Below are positions 38,305 to 48,672 of a stretch of DNA of 64,000 nt, piece after piece; position 1 is the first letter of the stretch, and every line of letters starts with the position of its first letter. The notes under the pieces were generated by a model. It did not search any database, was not told the DNA's origin, and was given only the letters and a program-made list of their open reading frames with translations. Position numbers and translations under genes: made by a program. This DNA comes from Candidatus Eiseniibacteriota bacterium. GTDB lineage: Bacteria; Eisenbacteria; RBG-16-71-46. Location of the stretch: contig OY970342.1 of the NCBI GenBank assembly GCA_963717505.1, forward strand, positions 2,560,001 through 2,624,000. Reading direction: 5' to 3'.

Positions 38305-39803
38305 ACGTCGAAGCGCCGGCCGCGGTTGCCGGCGCGACACGCCGGGTCCGGGTCGTTCTGCTCTCGACCTACGACCTGGGCCGCGCCCCGTTCGGCCTGG
38401 CATCACCTGCGGCCTGGCTGACCGACGCCGATTGCGATGTGCGAGTGAACGATCTCGCGGTCGAAGCCCTCGACGAAGAGGCGGTGCGATCGGCCGACCT
38501 GATCGCGTTCCATCTGCCGATGCACACGGCGACCCGTCTGGCGGTCGCGCGGCTGCCGCACCTCAAGGAGTTGAATCCACGGGCGCGTCTGTGTGCCTAT
38601 GGACTGTACGCGGCACTCAACGAAGAGCACCTTCGCTCGCTCGGCGTGGCGGACGTGCTGGGCGGCGAATTCGAAGCCAGCCTGGTCGAAGTGGCGCGCC
38701 AGCTCGGTGCGCCGGGCCTCGAGGACTCCGTCGCCGAGGGGGCGAGGGACCTGCCATCCGCTCCTCCGAGCCCCGGCGCGGACTCCGCCGCGCCGGCCAT
38801 GCCTCGCCTCCGTTTTCGGGCGCCCGCCCGCCACCTGCTGCCTTCGCCCGAAGCCTACGCACATCTGCATCTGCCGGATGGTACGCAACGTGTGGTGGGC
38901 TACACCGAGTCGACTCGTGGATGTCGCCATCGTTGCCGCCACTGCCCGGTGGTTCCGGTCTACCAGGGGCGAGTGCGCGTGGTTCAGCGGGAGGTGGTGC
39001 TCGAAGATGTGCGCCGCCAGGTCGCACGCGGGGCCCGCCATGTGACGTTTGGCGATCCCGATTTCCTGAACGGTCCGGGACATACGCTGCCTCTGGTCCG
39101 CGCGCTGCACGCCGAGCATCCGGACGTGAGCTGGGACGCGACGATCAAGATCGAACACCTGGTGCGACACGCCGCACTCCTGCCGGAGCTGGCGGCTCTC
39201 GGCTGCATCCTGATCACCAGTGCCGCGGAGTCCGTGGACGATCGGATCCTCGCGCGTCTCGAAAAGGGCCACACGCGTGCTGACTTCGAAAACGCCGCGC
39301 GACAGGTGCGGAACGCCGGGATCACGCTCCAGCCGACCTTCGTCGCCTTTACGCCGTGGACCACTCCCGAAGGGTGGTCGTCGCTGCTTGCCGCGATCGC
39401 CGATATGGATCTGGTCGAGCACGTCGCGCCGATCCAGCTTGCGATCCGTCTGCTGATTCCCGCGCGGTCACGACTGCTCGAGCTGGATGAGGTTCGCCGG
39501 CTGGCGGGGGCCTTCGACGGCGAGGCGCTGGTGTACCGGTGGCAGCATCCCGACCCGCGGGTGGACGCTCTGCAGCGGGACGCCGAGTCTCTGGCGGGTG
39601 AGCTGGCGCGGGAGCGCGCCCCTCGAACCGAGTCGTACGCTCGGTTGTGGGCGCTGGCCGAGCGCTTCGCGACGGCCGAGGATCGCGACCGCGTGGCGCG
39701 CGCGGCGTCGTATCGGCGGCCGCCGGTGCCCCACCTGACCGAGCCCTGGTACTGCTGAGCGGAGCCTCTCGTGGAGCCGGCGGCTCCGCTCGGGTCGATC
39801 TAG
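38301..39803 (+). CDS. CUAEP-tail radical SAM selenoprotein (B12-binding-like N-domain); TGA 39756-39758 = Sec
   Basis: RGCRHRCRHCP (CxxxCxxC). After EPWYC-TGA the frame continues AEPLVEPAAPLGSI-TAG (39801-39803), and a SECIS-like hairpin follows the TGA. Confidence 0.85.
39759..39796 (+). promoter_or_regulatory. Putative bacterial SECIS element
   Basis: 12 nt after the UGA: 8-bp stem GUGGAGCC/GGCUCCGC with a G-initiated apical loop (GGC) 21 nt from the UGA. Confidence 0.65.
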
Positions 39804-42800
39804 AAGCCCGGCTGGAAGCTGAACTGCCAGTACCAGCCCTTCTGCGGGCGGTCGTTGGGATGAACCAGATCCATCTCGGCGATCAGGAAGCCGAACAAGT
39901 TCATACGCATCGCGACTCCGTGGCTGCTGACGACGTTCTGCTGGCCGTTCCGATAGGTCGGATCGTCGCCCATGCCCCATGCCGAACCGACATCGAAGAA
40001 CGCCGCCAGTTCGACCGGCGGCATCATCGCGCTGCGCAGCACCCCGAGCGGGCCGAACACCGGCAGTCGGGCCTCGACGTTGGCCACGGCCAAGCGGCTG
40101 CCGAACAGGCGATCCCACGACTCGCACGGACCGAACCCGGTCGGGTCCTCGCACTCGCTGACCCGGAAGGACTCCTGGTCGTATCCGCGCACCAGGCTCG
40201 GGTAGCCGAGGAACAGGGAGCTCATCAGCGGGGACTCCGCGTCGGGACCATAACGGCCAAAGGTCAGAGCCCTGCCCGCCAGGGTCAGCGGCCGCATCGG
40301 CATCACGTAGTGCCGAAGGTCGAGCAGGAAGCTGTTGTAGACCAGGTCGCCGGCATAGACATCGAGCTCGATGCGCCCGCGGCTGCCGAGGACCGGGCTC
40401 GTGCCGCCAAACAACGAATTGTCGTGGACCAGGGCAACGATCCCGACCCCCATGTCGAGCGCCTCCGGATCGGCGTAGAAGCCGCCGGTGGTCTCGCTGA
40501 CCAGACGGCCGGAGCCGTCGTAGAGGCGCGTCGTCAACTCGCTCTCGAACCCGACACTGCGGAATCCGCCGGCGAACTCGATGCGCCGAATGCGGTCGAA
40601 GGGATAGGCCACGGTCCCGAGCGCGCGACGCTCGACCTGCCAGATGAGCGCGACGTCCTCCTGGGTGCCCTGCGAGCCATCGGGAAGCTGGACGACGTTG
40701 TACTCCAGGCCTCGGGTCAGATACGGGACCTGGCTCAACTCGACGCCCCAGTTCCAGCGCCGCCTCAGATTCCGATAGTCGAGGACCGCGGCGACGTTGT
40801 TCAGGAAGTTGCCGCCGTCCGAACTGATCTCCAGATAGGTGGCGAGATTGTGATCGCCGAGCATGTCGCTCCAGTAGAGTGTGGCGCCGCCGCCGCCCGA
40901 CACGCTGCCGCCACCGACGCCAAAGCCGATGCCCACCTGGGACACCTTGTCGAGTGACAGCGAGGGGCGATAACCCGTCTGCTCGAATCCGGTGGTGTCG
41001 ACCAGTCCCTCTTCGGGGTCTTCGAGCATTGATTGGACCTCCCCGCGCTCCGAAGTGATCGGCTGCATCCGGGTGCGGAAGTCCACGGTGTCGGTAGGCG
41101 CACTACGCGCATACGAGGGCGATCCGGCGAACGGCGGATCCTGGACGTCGTTCGGATCATTGAGGGCCTGCTCGCCGGCCGGCGGCAGGCCGATGTCCAG
41201 CGATTCGGGGAGGGCGCGAACGGTATTGGTCACCGCGAAATCGGGATAGTCGGGTGGCAGGATCCAGGCGGCCAGCGAGTCCGCTCCGAACACCAGCGGC
41301 TGACCTCTGGTCGACAACGAGTCCAGGGCGAAGATCGAATAGGCCCCGTTCTCGTAGGCCGCGAATACCATCCGATCGCCGGTGCGCGACACCGAGATGG
41401 CCGGGCTGGTGGCGGTCAGGCCGCTGACGCCGGTGCCGACGTTCGTGATCTGCGTCCAGGTCTGCGACTCGAGTTCGAGCCGGACCAGGTTCGGGATCCC
41501 GCCCGGCGCGGCGATGCAGTAGAGCGCGCGGCCGTCGGGCGACCACTGCGGGTTCAGGTGCTTGGAATTCGGCAACGACGGCAGCAGATGGACCGAACCA
41601 TCGGGAATGTCGAGCAAGGCCAGTCGCAGGTGGCCATGCGACAGGTTCTCAATCGGAGCGAATCGCTCGGTGATGAACGCGATGCTCTTGCCGTCCGGCG
41701 ACCAGGCCGGTTGCAGGTCGGCGGGCAGGTCGTTCGTCCACCGACGCACGCTTCCGGAGTGCAGATCGATCGAGAACAAGTCGGTGTGACCGCCCGCGAG
41801 TGCCGAGAACGCGATGGAACGGCCGTCGGGCGACCACGACAGCGTCCAGATCTCGCCGATTTCGCGCACGGAATATTGGCGGCGCGTCTGACCCGAGGCC
41901 ACGTCGATCACCTGGATCGCCGACCGCCCGTTGCGGACGGTCGCGAACGCGAACTGGCGGTTGTCGGGGCTCCATGAACCCGCGCCGCTGACGAACTGAA
42001 GGCTCTGCAGGTGGGGATCCACCGCGGTGCGCGTCACGCGCCTGCTGATTCGGCCGGTGTGCGCGTCGGCGAGATACAACTCGATCGAGAACAGATCCCG
42101 CTCCGAGAGGAACATCACCTGACGTCCGTCGGGGCTGAGCGAGGGCGCCAGGTTGTACACGCCGCGATCGCCGGTGGAGCCGATCAGGGGCTTGACCAGC
42201 GCGGTCGGCGGCTGCCCACCGACACGGTCGGACTGGGCGCGCAGCGCCCGATGCCAGTCCCGAGCCAGCGAATCGGTCGGCACCCCGAGGACTGCCGAGA
42301 AGGCCTGTTCCATCTCGATGCCCCTCGAGACCGCCTTGAGCAGTTCTCCGATCGCGCGATCGCCCCAGCGCTCGCCGACGTAGGACCACAGGGAGTGGCC
42401 CCAGCGATACGGGAAGTAGCGGTACTCGGCCAGGTGCGCGAGGTCGGGCAGTTCCTTGCCGCTGCGCACGGCGTCGCGCATCCACATCGAGGTGTGCGGA
42501 TCGATCGGGCCAATGGTCAGGTACTCCGCCATGCCTTCGATGAACCACAACGGCATGCGCATCGCGACCGATCCGCCGACCCGCGAACGACCCATGATGT
42601 CGTACTGGAACGCATGAACCAGCTCGTGGCCGACGACGTGGTCGGTCTCGGCCAGCGAACCCGAGAAGGGCAGCACGATGCGCCGCTTGACCGACTCGGT
42701 GACACCGCCGGTGCTCTCGTCCAGGTCGCCCTGAATCGCGTTGGTCTGTTCGAAGTGCGGGTGGCTGGCATACATGATCAGCGGCTGCCGCCCGGCCAGC

Positions 42801-43051
42801 TCGTGATTCAGCACTCGGGACAGGCGCGTGTACCAGCGTTCGGCCATCCGTGCGGCGGTCGGGATGGCGTCCGACTCCTCGCTGTAGTAGTAGACGTCGA
42901 AGTGTTCGGTCTTGAGGATGTCGAAATCGAAGGTCCGGTAGTTGACCTTGTTCCGGCCGAAATACTGGGCCGAGGCCGGGTTCGATCCGAGCACGAGCAA
43001 GACGGCGGCTGTCGCCAGCGGCCCGAGCTTGCGTGGCTGGCAAAAGGACAT
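39800..43051 (-). CDS. Zincin-like (HExxH) domain + PD40/TolB beta-propeller + BamA/TamA-like C-terminal beta-barrel
   Basis: Signal peptide then QYFGRNKV; HELVH and WFIEGMAEY; repeated WSPDG; VRGY barrel motif; terminal Phe (FSFQPGF). Confidence 0.82.
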   Translation of the reverse strand: MSFCQPRKLGPLATAAVLLVLGSNPASAQYFGRNKVNYRTFDFDILKTEHFDVYYYSEESDAIPTAARMAERWYTRLSRVLNHELAGRQPLIMYASHPHFEQTNAIQGDLDESTGGVTESVKRRIVLPFSGSLAETDHVVGHELVHAFQYDIMGRSRVGGSVAMRMPLWFIEGMAEYLTIGPIDPHTSMWMRDAVRSGKELPDLAHLAEYRYFPYRWGHSLWSYVGERWGDRAIGELLKAVSRGIEMEQAFSAVLGVPTDSLARDWHRALRAQSDRVGGQPPTALVKPLIGSTGDRGVYNLAPSLSPDGRQVMFLSERDLFSIELYLADAHTGRISRRVTRTAVDPHLQSLQFVSGAGSWSPDNRQFAFATVRNGRSAIQVIDVASGQTRRQYSVREIGEIWTLSWSPDGRSIAFSALAGGHTDLFSIDLHSGSVRRWTNDLPADLQPAWSPDGKSIAFITERFAPIENLSHGHLRLALLDIPDGSVHLLPSLPNSKHLNPQWSPDGRALYCIAAPGGIPNLVRLELESQTWTQITNVGTGVSGLTATSPAISVSRTGDRMVFAAYENGAYSIFALDSLSTRGQPLVFGADSLAAWILPPDYPDFAVTNTVRALPESLDIGLPPAGEQALNDPNDVQDPPFAGSPSYARSAPTDTVDFRTRMQPITSERGEVQSMLEDPEEGLVDTTGFEQTGYRPSLSLDKVSQVGIGFGVGGGSVSGGGGATLYWSDMLGDHNLATYLEISSDGGNFLNNVAAVLDYRNLRRRWNWGVELSQVPYLTRGLEYNVVQLPDGSQGTQEDVALIWQVERRALGTVAYPFDRIRRIEFAGGFRSVGFESELTTRLYDGSGRLVSETTGGFYADPEALDMGVGIVALVHDNSLFGGTSPVLGSRGRIELDVYAGDLVYNSFLLDLRHYVMPMRPLTLAGRALTFGRYGPDAESPLMSSLFLGYPSLVRGYDQESFRVSECEDPTGFGPCESWDRLFGSRLAVANVEARLPVFGPLGVLRSAMMPPVELAAFFDVGSAWGMGDDPTYRNGQQNVVSSHGVAMRMNLFGFLIAEMDLVHPNDRPQKGWYWQFSFQPGF

Positions 43052-43183
43052 GCGATTCCTCAGTAATCGACGCGCCCGGCCCCGAGTGGAATTTTTACGT
43101 CGGTTCCAGGCCGCCGGCCGCGCCTTTGGATTCCGCCGCTCCCGAAGAGGCTCTGGTATTGTAACTCGCGGGATGTCATCTCG

Positions 43184-43981
43184 ATGACAATGATGCCAGC
43201 ATCGGGGCCGGGAGGCGAGCCGGCCGCCGGTGACGCGCCGGCCCTGGAGTTTTCGGCAGTTCGCAAGCGCTTCGGCACGTTCGTCGCGGTCGACGGCGTC
43301 ACGTTCGAAGTGCCGGCGGGCCGGTGTACGGCGCTGCTCGGCCCGAGCGGCTGTGGCAAGTCGACCCTGCTTCGCCTGGCCCTCGGGCTCCTCAAGCCGG
43401 ACGAGGGTGCCGTGCGATTCGCAGGCCGCGACACGAGTGAACCCGGAATGCGAACGCGAATGGGCTACGTCATTCAGGACGGTGGCCTGTTCCCTCACCT
43501 GACCGCCGCCCAGAATCTCGGCCTCAAGACGCGAGACCTAGGCTGGCCGGCGGCGCGGATCGCACGGCGTATCGACGAAGTCGCCGGGATCGCCCGATTC
43601 GCCCGCGAGCTGCTCGGTCGCTATCCGCTGCAGCTCTCGGGCGGGCAGCGGCAGCGCGTCGGCCTGATGCGCGCCCTGATGCTGGATCCCGAGCTGCTGC
43701 TGCTCGACGAGCCGCTCGCAGCACTCGATCCGATCGTCCGCGCGGGCCTCCAAGAGGAGTTGCGGCGCATCTTTCGAGAGTTGAGGAAGACCGTGGTGTT
43801 CGTGACTCACGACCTGGTCGAGGCCGCCTACGTCGCCGACGAGATCGTGCTGCTCCGTGCCGGCCGGCTGGTGCAGCGCGGGCGGTGGCGGGACTTGAAG
43901 GACCAGCCGGCGGAGGATTTCGTTCGCGAGTTCGTCCGCGCCCAGCGCACGCTGCACGACGTCGAGGGAATCCCACAGTGA
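43184..43981 (+). CDS. ABC transporter ATPase, osmoprotectant/betaine (OpuA/EgtV-like)
   Basis: GPSGCGKST, GYVIQDGGLFPHLT, LSGGQRQR, LLLDEP, FVTHD. Confidence 0.92.
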   Translation: MTMMPASGPGGEPAAGDAPALEFSAVRKRFGTFVAVDGVTFEVPAGRCTALLGPSGCGKSTLLRLALGLLKPDEGAVRFAGRDTSEPGMRTRMGYVIQDGGLFPHLTAAQNLGLKTRDLGWPAARIARRIDEVAGIARFARELLGRYPLQLSGGQRQRVGLMRALMLDPELLLLDEPLAALDPIVRAGLQEELRRIFRELRKTVVFVTHDLVEAAYVADEIVLLRAGRLVQRGRWRDLKDQPAEDFVREFVRAQRTLHDVEGIPQ

Positions 43982-45513
43982 GGGGCCGTCGCGCCGGGTT
44001 CCTGGCCGCGATTCTCGTGTTGGCCGGACTCCTGGGCGCCGGCCCGGCGCCGCGAACGCTGGTCATCGGCTCCAAGGCGTTCCCGGAATCGTGGATCCTG
44101 GGCGAGAGCATGGCGACGCTGGCTCGATCCTCCGGTCCTTCGGTCGAGCACCGCGCCAACCTGGGCGGGACCGAGATCGTTTACGCGGCGTTGTTGAGCG
44201 GCGCTGTCGACGCGTATCCCGAGTACACGGGAACCATTGCCGAAGTGATCCTCAAGAGCCCGGGCCGTCCCTCGTTGGCGGAGCTGAGAACCGGGCTCGC
44301 ACCGCAGGGGATCGGGGTGTCCGAGCCTCTGGGCTTCAACGACGGGTACGCCCTGGCGGTGACCGCGAGGACCCGGGATCGGCTGAATCTGCGCACGATC
44401 TCCGATCTCGCACGCCACCCGGAACTCGAGCTCGGGGTCACCCACGAGTTCCTGGGCCGACGCGACGGTTGGCCCGGTCTGGCCCCGGCGTACGGTCTTG
44501 GTGCGCACGCGGTGCGTGGCATCCAGCACGAGCTGGCCTACGAGGCCCTGGCGTCGGGTCGAGTGGACGTGATCGACATCTACACGACCGATGCGCAGAT
44601 CGAGCGAATGAAGCTCGCGGTGCTCGAGGACGACCTCGGCTTCTTTCCGCGCTACGACGCCGTCATCCTCTACCGCCTCGACCTCGAGCGCGAAGCAGCG
44701 TCCGCACTGTCCAGCATCCGACAGCTGGAAGGCCGGATCGACGAGAAGCGGATGATTCGCGCGAACGCGTGCGTGGTCCTCGAGGGGCAACCGACGTCCT
44801 CGGCGGCGGCCGGGCTGTTGGCCGATATCGGGCTCGTGGGTGAGCCGCCCACGGGAGAGGACACTCCCGGACTCGGAGAGCGAACGACGGTCGAGGTCAT
44901 CACCGCCAACACGGTTCAGCATCTGAAGCTGGTCGCGATCTCGCTCACCGGCGCGGTGCTCGCGGGCGTCCCGCTCGGGATCCTCGCGACTCGTGCTCCC
45001 TGGCTCGCGACACTGACGCTCGCGGGCGCCGGGATGCTGCAGACCATTCCGTCGCTGGCGCTGCTCGCATTCCTCATCCCATGGCTCGGGGTCGGTGCAG
45101 GTCCCGCGCTGGTGGCACTCTTCCTCTACAGCCTTCTGCCGATCGTGCGGAACACGTTCGTCGGCCTGACGTCGATCTCTCCCGGACTCGAGGAATCGGC
45201 GCGAGCCCTGGCGCTTCGCTGGCGCACCGATCTCTGGGGCGTGCGCTTGCCATTGGCCTCGCCCGCGATCATGGCGGGAATCAAGATCAGCGCCGTGATC
45301 AACGTCGGCACGGCCACGTTGGCAGCGCTCATCGGCGCGGGGGGCCTCGGGGATCCGATCCTGGCCGGAATTCAGCTCCGGCGGCCGGACCTCATCCTAC
45401 AGGGCGCGGTCCCGGCGGCGGCGCTTGCACTTGTGATCCAATGGGGGTTCGATGCCCTCGACCGGCTCGTCATCCCGCGCGGGCTCAGGCTGCCGCCGGA
45501 GCCGGGGGCATGA
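43978..45513 (+). CDS. Fused betaine-type substrate-binding + permease ABC subunit
   Basis: IGSKAFPES, YPEYTGT, YTTDA, FFPRY (OpuAC-type SBP); QTIPSLALLA, YSLLPIVRNT, ALIGAGGLG permease. Confidence 0.88.
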   Translation: MRGRRAGFLAAILVLAGLLGAGPAPRTLVIGSKAFPESWILGESMATLARSSGPSVEHRANLGGTEIVYAALLSGAVDAYPEYTGTIAEVILKSPGRPSLAELRTGLAPQGIGVSEPLGFNDGYALAVTARTRDRLNLRTISDLARHPELELGVTHEFLGRRDGWPGLAPAYGLGAHAVRGIQHELAYEALASGRVDVIDIYTTDAQIERMKLAVLEDDLGFFPRYDAVILYRLDLEREAASALSSIRQLEGRIDEKRMIRANACVVLEGQPTSSAAAGLLADIGLVGEPPTGEDTPGLGERTTVEVITANTVQHLKLVAISLTGAVLAGVPLGILATRAPWLATLTLAGAGMLQTIPSLALLAFLIPWLGVGAGPALVALFLYSLLPIVRNTFVGLTSISPGLEESARALALRWRTDLWGVRLPLASPAIMAGIKISAVINVGTATLAALIGAGGLGDPILAGIQLRRPDLILQGAVPAAALALVIQWGFDALDRLVIPRGLRLPPEPGA

Positions 45514-45636
45514 TGCGTCGGACTCGAGGTGGCGGAAGGGACCGCCGAGAACGAGCGGGCCCGGGGCGCTCGGAACCCTTCCGGTTCGCGGTCTGCCGCG
45601 AATCGGTTCGGGCATGGAATACCTGAGGAGCGACAC

Positions 45637-47643
45637 ATGAGACGGACGATCGCGTTGATTTGCCTGGCCGGGTTACTCACGGCGCGCGGGGTGCCGGCCG
45701 CCGAAACGGCGGCGGGCGACAGCGTGGCGATGACGGTTCCCGAAGTGGTCGTCAACGCCCTGCGCGGCAGGGACGTGCTGCGCAACGTTCCGGCGCCGGC
45801 CTTCGTCGTCTCGCGTGCCGACCTGACGCGGTCCGGCGCCGAGCGCGTCGCCACGGTGCTCGGCCGGCTCCCCGGGCTCCACGGCTACGGACAGTCGGGG
45901 ATCGGCGAGGCGCGGGTTCTGGATCCCCGCGGTTTCACCGCGAACGGCGAGAGCTCCTACCTCAAGCTGCTGGTGAACGGCCAGGACGTCCGCGGCGTCG
46001 AGAACGGCGACGTGGACTGGGACTGGGTGATGACCGACGACGTCGAGCGCCTCGAGATCGTCCAGGGTTCCGGCGCCTGGCTTTACGGCGACGGCACTGA
46101 GGGCGGGGTGGTCAACGTCGTGCGGCGCGACCCGGCGTCGGGCTTCCAGTCGGATGGCATGCTGAGGGCCGGCAGCTTCGGCCTCGTCTCCGGCAACCTG
46201 CAAGCTTCCGGCGGCGGGGAGGCGTTCAGGGGCGGCGTCCGCGGCAGCCTCCGCAACGCCGACGGCTATCGGGACCGCAGCCAGGAGACGGTGGTCTCCG
46301 GCGGCGCCGACGGCACCTGGAACCTGTCGGATCGGACCCGGCTCACGCTCGACGTCAGCGTGCTCGACACCCGGCACGAGGAACCCGGGGCGTTGACCGC
46401 GGACCAGCTGCGCACCGATCGCGACCAGGCCGACACGCAGACCGATTACGTCCACGCGCGCCGCATGGCGACGGGCCTCCACCTGGTGCATCACACGGAG
46501 GCGGAGGCGGAGTGGCTGTTCATGCCCTACGTGCGCACCGAGGACGTGGACCAGATCCGGACGCTCTACATTCCCGACTTCTCGGGTGGGTTCTTCCCCG
46601 AGACCAAGTCGCATCCGACGGAGGCCGTGACGTTCGGGGCCGAGGCCGGGTGGCGGGGACTCATGCGCGCGGTCGCGCTCAGCGCCGGGATCCAGGCCGA
46701 GCGGGCGCGGCTGCAGAGCGACCACCGGAGCACGGCCGACGGCACGCTCGAGGCGAGCGGCACCGGGTGGCGCGACGCCTGGTCGGGGTTCGCCAGCGCG
46801 CGCGTGCCGGTGGGCGGGCGCGCGAGCTTCAGGCTCGGCCTGCGCGGCGACGTCATCCGGGTCGGGCCGCTCGAGATCCCGGGGGCGAACGGGATCCCGT
46901 CCCGCACCCTGTCGGCCGCGAGCCCCTTCGTGGCGCTGAGCCGCGAGGTCGGCGAACGCGGCACGGTCTGGGCCAGCTTCAGCACGGCGTTCCGGGTGCC
47001 GACGCTGAACCAGCTGTTCGATCAGCGGGCGCTCGGCGGGGCGGTCGTGATCTCGAATCCGAGCCTCGATCCGCAGCGCTCGCTCAACTTCGAGGTCGGC
47101 GGACGGTGGGGTGGCGCGGGCGGCCGCTCGGCCACGGTCGCCGTCTACTCCTCGCAGGTCACGGACGAGATCGACTTCGACCTCGGGACGTTCCAGTACG
47201 CCAACATCGGCGAGAGTTGGCATCGCGGCGTCGAGGCGTCCGTCGTTCAGCCGCTGGGCCGCCAGTTGACGGCGACAGCGACCGGCGCGTGGACCCCGAC
47301 CACGATCGAGGGCGGCGCCGACGACGGCAACCAGATCAACGCCGTGCCCGAGGGCATGGCCTATGGGGCGCTGCGCTGGGCGCCCGGGGACCGCTGGTCG
47401 CTGGAGGGCGGCGTGCGGTACACCGGCCGGCAGTTCCTCGACAAGGCGAACCAGAGCACGCTTCCGGACTACGCGACCCTCGAGCTGGCGGGATCGGTCC
47501 GGGCGGCACGCGCACGGCTCACGCTACGGATCGCGAACCTGCTCGACAACGAGTACCAGGAATCCGGTTACATCGACCCGCGGGGTGCCGAGTACTTCCC
47601 GGCGGCGGGGCGGTCGGCGTCGCTCGGGCTGTCGCTCGACTAG
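45637..47643 (+). CDS. TonB-dependent receptor
   Basis: GAGGAG RBS; TonB-box-like EVVVNA; plug VERLEIVQGSGAWLYG..GGVVNVV; C-terminal NLLDNEY...GRS. Confidence 0.88.
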   Translation: MRRTIALICLAGLLTARGVPAAETAAGDSVAMTVPEVVVNALRGRDVLRNVPAPAFVVSRADLTRSGAERVATVLGRLPGLHGYGQSGIGEARVLDPRGFTANGESSYLKLLVNGQDVRGVENGDVDWDWVMTDDVERLEIVQGSGAWLYGDGTEGGVVNVVRRDPASGFQSDGMLRAGSFGLVSGNLQASGGGEAFRGGVRGSLRNADGYRDRSQETVVSGGADGTWNLSDRTRLTLDVSVLDTRHEEPGALTADQLRTDRDQADTQTDYVHARRMATGLHLVHHTEAEAEWLFMPYVRTEDVDQIRTLYIPDFSGGFFPETKSHPTEAVTFGAEAGWRGLMRAVALSAGIQAERARLQSDHRSTADGTLEASGTGWRDAWSGFASARVPVGGRASFRLGLRGDVIRVGPLEIPGANGIPSRTLSAASPFVALSREVGERGTVWASFSTAFRVPTLNQLFDQRALGGAVVISNPSLDPQRSLNFEVGGRWGGAGGRSATVAVYSSQVTDEIDFDLGTFQYANIGESWHRGVEASVVQPLGRQLTATATGAWTPTTIEGGADDGNQINAVPEGMAYGALRWAPGDRWSLEGGVRYTGRQFLDKANQSTLPDYATLELAGSVRAARARLTLRIANLLDNEYQESGYIDPRGAEYFPAAGRSASLGLSLD

Positions 47644-47694
47644 ACCGGCACGATCGCGGGAGAACGGTGTCGCGGGGCGCCGTGACGAGCGGGC

Positions 47695-48669
47695 TCACTC
47701 CGCCACGTAGAGCGTTTGGGCGAACGACCACTCCGCATCCAGCCACTGCCCCTCGATCCGGAACGCCAATCGTTCAGCGAAGCCGGCGAGGTCGGAGTCG
47801 CGGAACTTGTGCGAGCTTTCGGTCCAGATCGTCTCGCCCTCGTCGAATTCGACGACCTGTCGTGCGGCCGGGACGCGCACCGTCTGGTGTTGGAGCGATG
47901 CGAGATGCATCTCGATTCGGCGCTCGTGCGCGTTCCAGCGGACCACGTGCCGGAAGCGGGACAGGATGAAGTCGCCGCCCAGCTCGCGATTGATGCGTAC
48001 CAGCAGATTGCGGTTGAAGGCCGCGGTGACCCCGGCCGGGTCGTCGTAGGCCAGGACTAGGCGCTCGACCTCCTTCTCCATGTCGGTGGCCAGGAGCAGG
48101 CGATCCCCGGGTTGCAGCAACCGCCGCACTTCGCCCAGGAACGCGGAGCCCGCCTCGCGGTCGAAATTGCCGATCGTGCTGCCGAGGAAGAGAACGAGCA
48201 GGGCCTGATCCGGCTGCCGGCGCGCGACCGCCGCGCGCAGGCCGTCGAGGTACTCGGCCTCGAAGCCGACGATGGTCACCGAATCGATGCGATCCAGCTC
48301 GCGTCCGGCCTGGGTCAGCGCCGACATCGAGATGTCGATCGGGCAATAGGTCACGGGACCGCGCCGCGCCAGGACCTCGAGCAGCGTGCGGGTGTTTCGC
48401 GCGCTGCCGCTCCCCAGCTCGGCCACGACTGCGGACCCGGGGACCGGGCTCAGGATCTCTTCGGCGTGGCGGTGAATCAGACGCTCGCCAGCCCGGGTCA
48501 GACCGTACTCCGGCAGGAACGTGATCGCCTCGAACAGCGCCGACCCGACCGCGTCGTACAGATACTTGCTCGGTAGCTCCTTCTGGCCGGCGCGGGTCAG
48601 ACCTGCGCGGACGTCGTCGGCGAAGCGCACCGAGGGCGCACTGGCGTCGAGCGAGATGGTGAGCGCCAC
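47695..48669 (-). CDS. egtD: L-histidine N-alpha-methyltransferase
   Basis: KELPSKYLYD, LPEYGLTR, ELGSGS, FLGSTIGN, AYDDPAGVTAAFN, IWTESSHKF. Confidence 0.92.
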   Translation of the reverse strand: MALTISLDASAPSVRFADDVRAGLTRAGQKELPSKYLYDAVGSALFEAITFLPEYGLTRAGERLIHRHAEEILSPVPGSAVVAELGSGSARNTRTLLEVLARRGPVTYCPIDISMSALTQAGRELDRIDSVTIVGFEAEYLDGLRAAVARRQPDQALLVLFLGSTIGNFDREAGSAFLGEVRRLLQPGDRLLLATDMEKEVERLVLAYDDPAGVTAAFNRNLLVRINRELGGDFILSRFRHVVRWNAHERRIEMHLASLQHQTVRVPAARQVVEFDEGETIWTESSHKFRDSDLAGFAERLAFRIEGQWLDAEWSFAQTLYVAE

Positions 48670-48672
48670 GGT

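Noticed and set aside
39757-39791. Hairpin gagcggagcc/ggctccgctc read purely as a terminator after a TGA stop
   Set aside because: No U-tract on either strand; the alternative SECIS-like fold plus the in-frame AEP continuation explain the region better, though both folds may compete.
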